Made by a program: the position numbers and the translations under genes | Notes under the pieces: model-generated | What the model saw: only the letters and a program-made list of their open reading frames with translations | What the model was told of the DNA's origin: nothing | Database searches by the model: none | Shown: positions 56,124 through 64,000 of the stretch, in pieces | How positions within the stretch are numbered: position 1 is the first letter of the stretch | Layout: the number at the start of each line of letters is the position of its first letter | Source: the human T2T-CHM13v2.0 reference genome, Homo sapiens | DNA length: 64,000 nt | NCBI RefSeq assembly: GCF_009914755.1 | Contig: NC_060925.1 | Direction: 5' to 3' (one strand)

Positions 56124-56455
56124 CAGTATTTACTTGAATAATAAATGAAAATCGCTCAACAGATACAGAAGAAACTGTTAACAGTGGCTACTGACTGATT
56201 ACGGTGGTGGGGAAAACCGGAAAGATGGGAAACACGCACAGGAACTTCTTACATTCTGAGATTCTTGAACCAAACAAACGTGTTACCTATTTTTAAAACT
56301 AAATGGAAAATCAATAAATGCTATCTGCTGACGTTGTAGCTTTAGCGTTCTCTAACTTAATGTGATGGTTAAACCAGTCAAAATTTGTTTTAAAAACTAT
56401 TAAGAGTTGAATTAATTCACTGCTTTGCTTCAAATGAAGTTTCTGCGATTCATTA

Positions 56456-56767
<312 letters not shown>

Positions 56768-56825
56768 TCATTGTCTAAGCACACTTAAACAAATACAATG
56801 CTCAAAGCTTTCTTTTTTCCGCCAA

Positions 56826-56929
56826 TATCACACGGGGAATGTGCCCAGGTGGTGATAAGGTTTGAGGGAGGCATATCTCACATATGAGTGTGAAAACCCA
56901 ACCATCACACTTAGGAACTACAAAAGGAT
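56826..56929 (-). pseudogene. U13 snoRNA retropseudogene
   Basis: Minus strand ATCCTTTTGTAGTTCCTAAGTGTGATGGTTGGG...GGGCACATTCCCCGTGTGA matches U13; A-rich tail; boxes C and D mutated. Confidence 0.9.
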
Positions 56930-57039
56930 CTGTCCAAAGTTTAAAAGTAGATCTGCAAACACAATTAAAGACAGGGGTTTGGGGACAGAGGGGTTTGGGG
57001 TAGGTGTTACACCAACTATTGAAATTATAAAGATTATGA

Positions 57040-57285
57040 TAAACAGGGATAGAATTGTGCAAAACTGTGACTGGAAAACAGCACAGTCTATAACTGCATT
57101 ATCCAAATAGTAGTCATGTGGCTGAATTTAATTTAAAGTAAATAAAATTAAAAATTCACTTCCTCAGTCACCACAATCACATTTCAAATGCTCAATAGCC
57201 ACATGTGGCTAATGACTACTGTATTAGACAATATTGTTATAGCATATTTCCATCACTGCAGAAAGTTCTACTAGAAAGCACTGGT
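57040..57285. mobile_element. MER3/MER33-like hAT remnant
   Basis: atttcaaatgctcaatagccacatgtggcta...catcactgcagaaagttcta. Confidence 0.7.
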
Positions 57286-57733
57286 ATCTAACATGTATTC
57301 CATAGGAATCTAAGTTAAGAGCCATTAAATTATATAAGTTGAACATTTCACAATTATAAAGATGAGATAATGGTTATCAAGTTCTAATAAAGTTAAATTT
57401 CAAAACTACAACTGTCTTCCACTCATGTGAATCTGTACAGAAAAACCTACTCCTAAAAAGATAACAGAATTCGCACTTAAAGAACTAGCACAAACTACTA
57501 AGAGCTCAAAATAAAACCTACTATTTCAGTTTGACAGAGCTTTAGGAGAAAGAATGAAAAACAAGGTAAATATTAAGGGCCTTCAATGGGGTGAGCACTG
57601 TGCTAGGGTCTAGGTCACTATTCTGGATCTTACAGATTGGAGGGAAACAAACAATTTAACAATTAAAATACAGTCTGTTTAAGTACTATGTCAGTGATGG
57701 GCGGTGTCATATGAAAACATCCAGTCAAATCTA

Positions 57734-58138
<405 letters not shown>

Positions 58139-61100
58139 CTAAAATAAAAGAGAGAAAGAGATATTTACAAAACTTTGGAAATTTCTGGAAATTTCAATGC
58201 CATTTAAAAATCTTTAATTATCAGCAAATCATTCCCATAAGTTAATCATGGGGAAACCTATGTTAAATCATCAGCCTACAATAAGTGATAAAGCTAAATT
58301 AAAAACATAAATTATATATAAGCTGAATAAACAAAAATACAATTCAACATACAACAGTGTAACTTTCTATTTTACTTAAGTAAACAGACAAATAATAGAA
58401 CATCTAAGTAAACTGTCAGTGTCAAGACCTAGGTCTATAAATAGTGAAGTCAGAATTTACAAAATCAGAACAAAGATCAGATCAATGGCTTTGCCTATAC
58501 AAACCTTACTTTCCACAGCTTATTAAACAGAAATTAAATACAACTTTGGGGAAAAAAAGGAAGTTTGGGTCCAACTAATGAATAGTTATATCAATTTTAA
58601 AAACTGACAATGAGATGAGAAAGCATGTTGAAGTTTTTAGACACTTACCTATATATTTTAATCTGATACTTCAACATAATAATAAAAAAGAATGATATAC
58701 TCAGCCCCACCGAGACACTTGTGACTCTCTAGCAGAGAATGATAGCAACACAGGCAAAGGGCCCAAGCTGGACACCTTACCTGAAATGGTGCTACTATCT
58801 CACCACAAACCAGTGTACCACTGGGAACTTGGAGGTATCAATCAAAATAGATAGGAAAAGTGTCTCCAAATCACCCTATCCAATTTTTACTGCTACATTC
58901 GAATAATGCTCCAGATAGCTAAATGAAACCAGGCAGAAGCCATGAAGAATACTCAAATGGGCATCAGAGGAATGCAGGATACCAATGGTATACCTTCAAA
59001 AAATTTGCATCTATGAGGCAGCAAAGCACATTTCCTTGTCCAGCTACTTTATAACGTTTTCTGCCTATTAGAGTGTCATACCAGGTACCACACAAAGGTA
59101 GTAAAATTAAGAGAAAATGTACAAAGAGAAGATGAGAGTAGATTGTCTGATTTGTACTCCTGTTGTGTCTCTTGTTTATTCTGTTTTTAGGAAAGAGTTT
59201 TCACAGCAGAAACTACTTTATCTCAAGAAAAAGGGCCAAGTTAATCAGACGTATGAGAATCAAGGGGGGAAAAAAGGGAAATTTCCACCAGCTAAAATAA
59301 AAATGGAAAAGAAGGAACTTCCCTGCAACTATTTCTAGAAAAATGACTATTTGATGACTATTTGAAAGAAGCTCCATTTTACACTATAAGCAGGTATTCA
59401 TTAGAGCTTAAAGTCAGATGGCACACTTTTCACACGGAAAAAAAAAAAAAAAACCCCGTTCGCCAAGATTATAATTTGAAACGTTATAAAGGAGAAAATT
59501 AAGGTGAGCAAACCACTCTGTTATTCAATGAGATACTCTTAATAAAGCTATGTATTCATATATTTCCCCTCCCATTAGGAAATGGAATATTCTAGATAAC
59601 TAAGTAAATTACTCAGGTTATTCTTCCAAAAAGAGTAAAATTATACTAATCACCACTATGCAATCTTCCCTGATGATTTAGAAGGTACCTAAAGATTCTT
59701 GAGAGAATTTGAATTATAATATGAAAAGTATCATTATCATTTTATGGTATATTTAGTCTGTGCCAGACACTACACTAAGTGCTTTACGTGGTATCTTATT
59801 TAACTCTCAAAACAACCCTTAGAGAAGTTGTCAAGTTTAGAAAGATTAAGTTCCTTCCCCAGAGTTACACAATAAGTAGTAGAGCTAGTATTTGAATCCC
59901 AAGTTTATTCCAGAGGCTGTGATCTTGACCACTACGGTTTGCTAAGGATTACAGAAAACAAAGATCTAAATGTGCATTTTAATCCTAGTAACATGCTAGG
60001 AAAACTGCTTTTCGAAAGAGATGTTTGACTATTACTTTGAATTTATCTCTTAGAATACACAATGAAGAACAAATGGGTGGAGAACAAATTATCTCTTAAT
60101 ATACTAGTTTTCTGGATCAAAAGGCATTTACAAAGAGGAATTGGGTGGTATACTATGATTTAGTACAATATCATACAACAGCAGAAGCTGAGAGAGCATT
60201 GCTAGTAGATTTTAAGTTGTTAGTGGACAAAGACTGTTTTAAACTTACCTAACATATGCCAATACAAACAGAAAAGGTTTTCAGCAAATAATTGCTGATG
60301 TGGATTAATGAGAAAAGAAACAACCTATACAAAAGACTTTGGTAAAGGTTTAAGATGGGAATTGGAAATAAGTAAAAGTGATGCTAATGTTATGACTAAA
60401 AACTGGAAAGTTAAATAAAATGGAGAAAATGGACAATTTTTTTTTATTACATTCTGATTACATTCAGAATGAGTACTCAAACAGCTATTTTTTCAGCAGC
60501 CACTAGATGGAAACATTTCTCCATGGGGAAAGGAGTGACCTTAAAAAAAAAAAAAAAAAAACCTGGAACATTATCCATTTGAAATACTAGAACCTTTCAA
60601 AATAGCCTGGATATCTCGATTCTAAATGAAAAAACTTTTTTCAAAAAATACTTTTTTCAAACTTGTTTTTTCCAATTTTATTACCACTCACCTTTGCTCC
60701 TTACTAGCATATCTAAGAGAACTATATCTACACACGTTGGTAATGATGACTCCTGAAAGCAGAGATTCTCACTTGGTTGGGAGGGGGATGAATGAAAGGT
60801 AATCAGAACAGAAAATCCTTCCAAGTGAGTGAGGGAAGAGAGTGATGATGCTTGTATTATATTTTTTAAAGTCTGCTAGGAGACTTAGTAAACTAGAAGT
60901 TCACAGGTTGCAAAGAGAGGCATTTTAAGAAAATAATTAACCAGTTGTGCATAGCTTAAATACCTACACCTGTAAGGAATAACAGATTACTGAAACCTGA
61001 TTCTAGGAGCCAATACAGCACAGGGTAGAGCCGAGATCCTGACATCAAACCTAAATTAGAACACAACACCTGTTCTCCTGCTTATCAACTGGGCTGATTC

Positions 61101-61795
61101 GTTTACCTAAATCACAATTTACCTGCTATTTTCCTCTGATACAAATCAATTAACACAAATTCTGAAGATTTTCCAGAAGATCCCCAAGCTGATGTAAGTC
61201 TTGTGAAGTATCCTGAACCATAATCTGATGTAAGATGTATTTATATTTGTTTAGATCAAAATCAATTTTGCATTAAGTACTAAATAGATATAGCTGGAAT
61301 TCACTACACACATCCCAAATAAGAATTACAAACAACATCAAGAAAAAGATAGGCTTTTTTCTTGTTTCCTTCCCTGCAACATTTATCTTTTGGCCTGAGA
61401 CATCTTAAAGCTATCTGGGGTGAGAGTGCAGGGTGGCGGCTTCCTAGAACAACCTGCTTAATGGACAAAAGGGTACAGGGATGTATGTCCTTTCCTGATA
61501 AACTGTGGTTTGGGTTTTAAAAAACAATAACATTGGTGTAAAAAATAAAAGAGCAAAGATTGGCAAGATGAATTATTGGGGACATAAAATACAAGGTGCC
61601 GTGAATTAAAATGCTGCAACTACAGAAGCAAATGGTGATTCAACTCCCCTCCACATAGACTGGGTATGGCATAGAGAGAGAACATTAGTGACAAAACAAT
61701 TGTGAATTATTTTTATTTAATAATCATTTTATTTTGTTGTTACTTGATTTTTAAACAACTGTTAACTACAATGGTTCTCAAAACTCTTTCTTCCA

Positions 61796-62559
<764 letters not shown>

Positions 62560-63366
62560 TTAAAGTGCTTTAGTTTTTAAAGTAACTTAGTATTCAGTGT
62601 TATTATATCTTTGGTGTATTCTCTGTTATGCACCTCACACTACACCAACTTGATCCATTATTTTATGCAGCAACCTACTGAGCAGGAGAAAAAGAATAAG
62701 AGGAGCAAAAGATGGTAGACTTGATGGACTTCAAGTTTTTATTACTTGCCCGTCTTTTTGCTTATACTTTGCCTTTACACTTAAAAGTTCTTTCATAGAA
62801 GCATCTATCTGATCCTGAAGCAGGAAAGAGAAGATTAAAAACAAAACAAAAAACAGAGCAAGAAAAGTCTAGTTGAAGCTGGTAACCTAAAACTTCAGCT
62901 GGTCACCTTCCTTACCATTTAACATGACATAGTAAAATAACCACCTTTGTAGAAAACTGAATAGTTAAGAAGCTTAGGCAAATTATTAATGTAAAACAAG
63001 CACAGACTTGCTAAATAATGATAAGCTAGTAAAACTATAACTCTCTAGCGCTTTCAATGGAGTACCCCACTGTCACCACCTCTCAAGGTAAATAACATGG
63101 GAATCGGTCAATATTTTAATCTAGGCTTTGCAAATTTCAGGAAGTTACTTTCATATTCAGTTTCTCCTCTGTTGCTATAACAAGCAAATAGAAAAAGTAG
63201 CATTCTTTGAATATTTTTGTACATGGCTCTTGGGAGGACTAAAAAGTGTATAGTACACAGTGCCAGATGCAGGCTAAATGCGTTCCATTCCTAGTAACTG
63301 GGTTCGTTCTTTAGAAGAGAAGAAACATTTACTACTATTAGCATTCGGAGAAAAAATATACGGAGT

Positions 63367-63945
63367 ACAGCAGGTCCTTGAATAACATTGTTTTGTTTGA
63401 TGTCATTTCATCATAACGTTTTAGAGAAAAAAAACATGATCCCCAGCCGAAGCCACTGTCTGTGTGGAGCATGTGCATTCTCCCCATGTCTGTGTGAGTT
63501 TTCTCTGGGAACTCCAGTTTCATTCCACATCCCAAAGCTGCACACATTAGGTGAACTGGTGAGTCTAAATGCTCCCGGTCTGAGTGTCGGTGTGTGTGAG
63601 TGTGCCCTGCAATGGAATGATGTCTTATCCAGGGCTGGTTCCTGCCTTGAGCCCTGAGCTACAAGGATGGGCTCTGGCCACCCAAAACCCTGAACTAGAA
63701 TAAATGGGTAAATAATTATCTTGTCTTTATTCATCTTTCTTAAATGTATATACAGCTCACATTTGTTTCAATTAGAAGTGTTTGGGTCTTTATTAGAGGT
63801 CTGTGTAATGCAAAAATAATAATTTTAAAAAGAAAAGACAAAATATTAAAAAAGAAAAAGAAAAAATGAAGACAACAACAACAATAAAAAAACACAAGAA
63901 GTTTGTGTAATGCGATGTTTTTGAGATCAGAAATATGCCGTGGTA
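63367..63945 (+). mobile_element. MER6 (TcMar-Tigger) transposon, followed by an antisense Alu at the window end
   Basis: tacagcaggtccttgaataac...gtggagcatgtgcattctccccatgtctg. Confidence 0.75.
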
Positions 63946-64000
63946 ACTTCTTCTTTTTTTTTTTTTTTTTTTGAGATAGAGTCTTGCTGTTGCCCAGGCT

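Overview
Human-type genomic DNA (primate Alu/L1PA content) matching the EPRS1-SLC30A10 interval of chr1q41; the locus assignment is from recognised proteins, not a database search. Right half (about 37.9-58.1 kb, minus strand): the last 14 coding exons of EPRS1 (WHEP linker plus the whole prolyl-tRNA synthetase domain), all with GT-AG boundaries and consistent phases, plus the 3'UTR and AATAAA. At 26327-26777 (minus) is an intact ZnT/SLC30 first coding exon with TATA box, ideal Kozak and phase-1 donor. It is paralogous to, not identical with, canonical SLC30A10 exon 1, and has a rewired TM2 metal site (AxxxH instead of NxxxD). It most likely is a tandem-duplicated alternative first exon of SLC30A10. 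At about 156-3715 (plus), after removing Alu/MIR insertions, a decayed reading frame appears with signal peptide, leucine-rich repeats, LRR-CT, TM and TIR motifs in order: a candidate fossil Toll-like receptor pseudogene. Other features: a 2.3-kb AT-rich expansion in an MLT2 LTR just upstream of the ZnT exon, a nested L2>MER45A>L1>(Alu, Alu, U3) stack, U3 and U13 snoRNA retrocopies, a 5'-truncated L1PA and many Alus. Repeat boundaries and subfamilies are approximate, read by eye.
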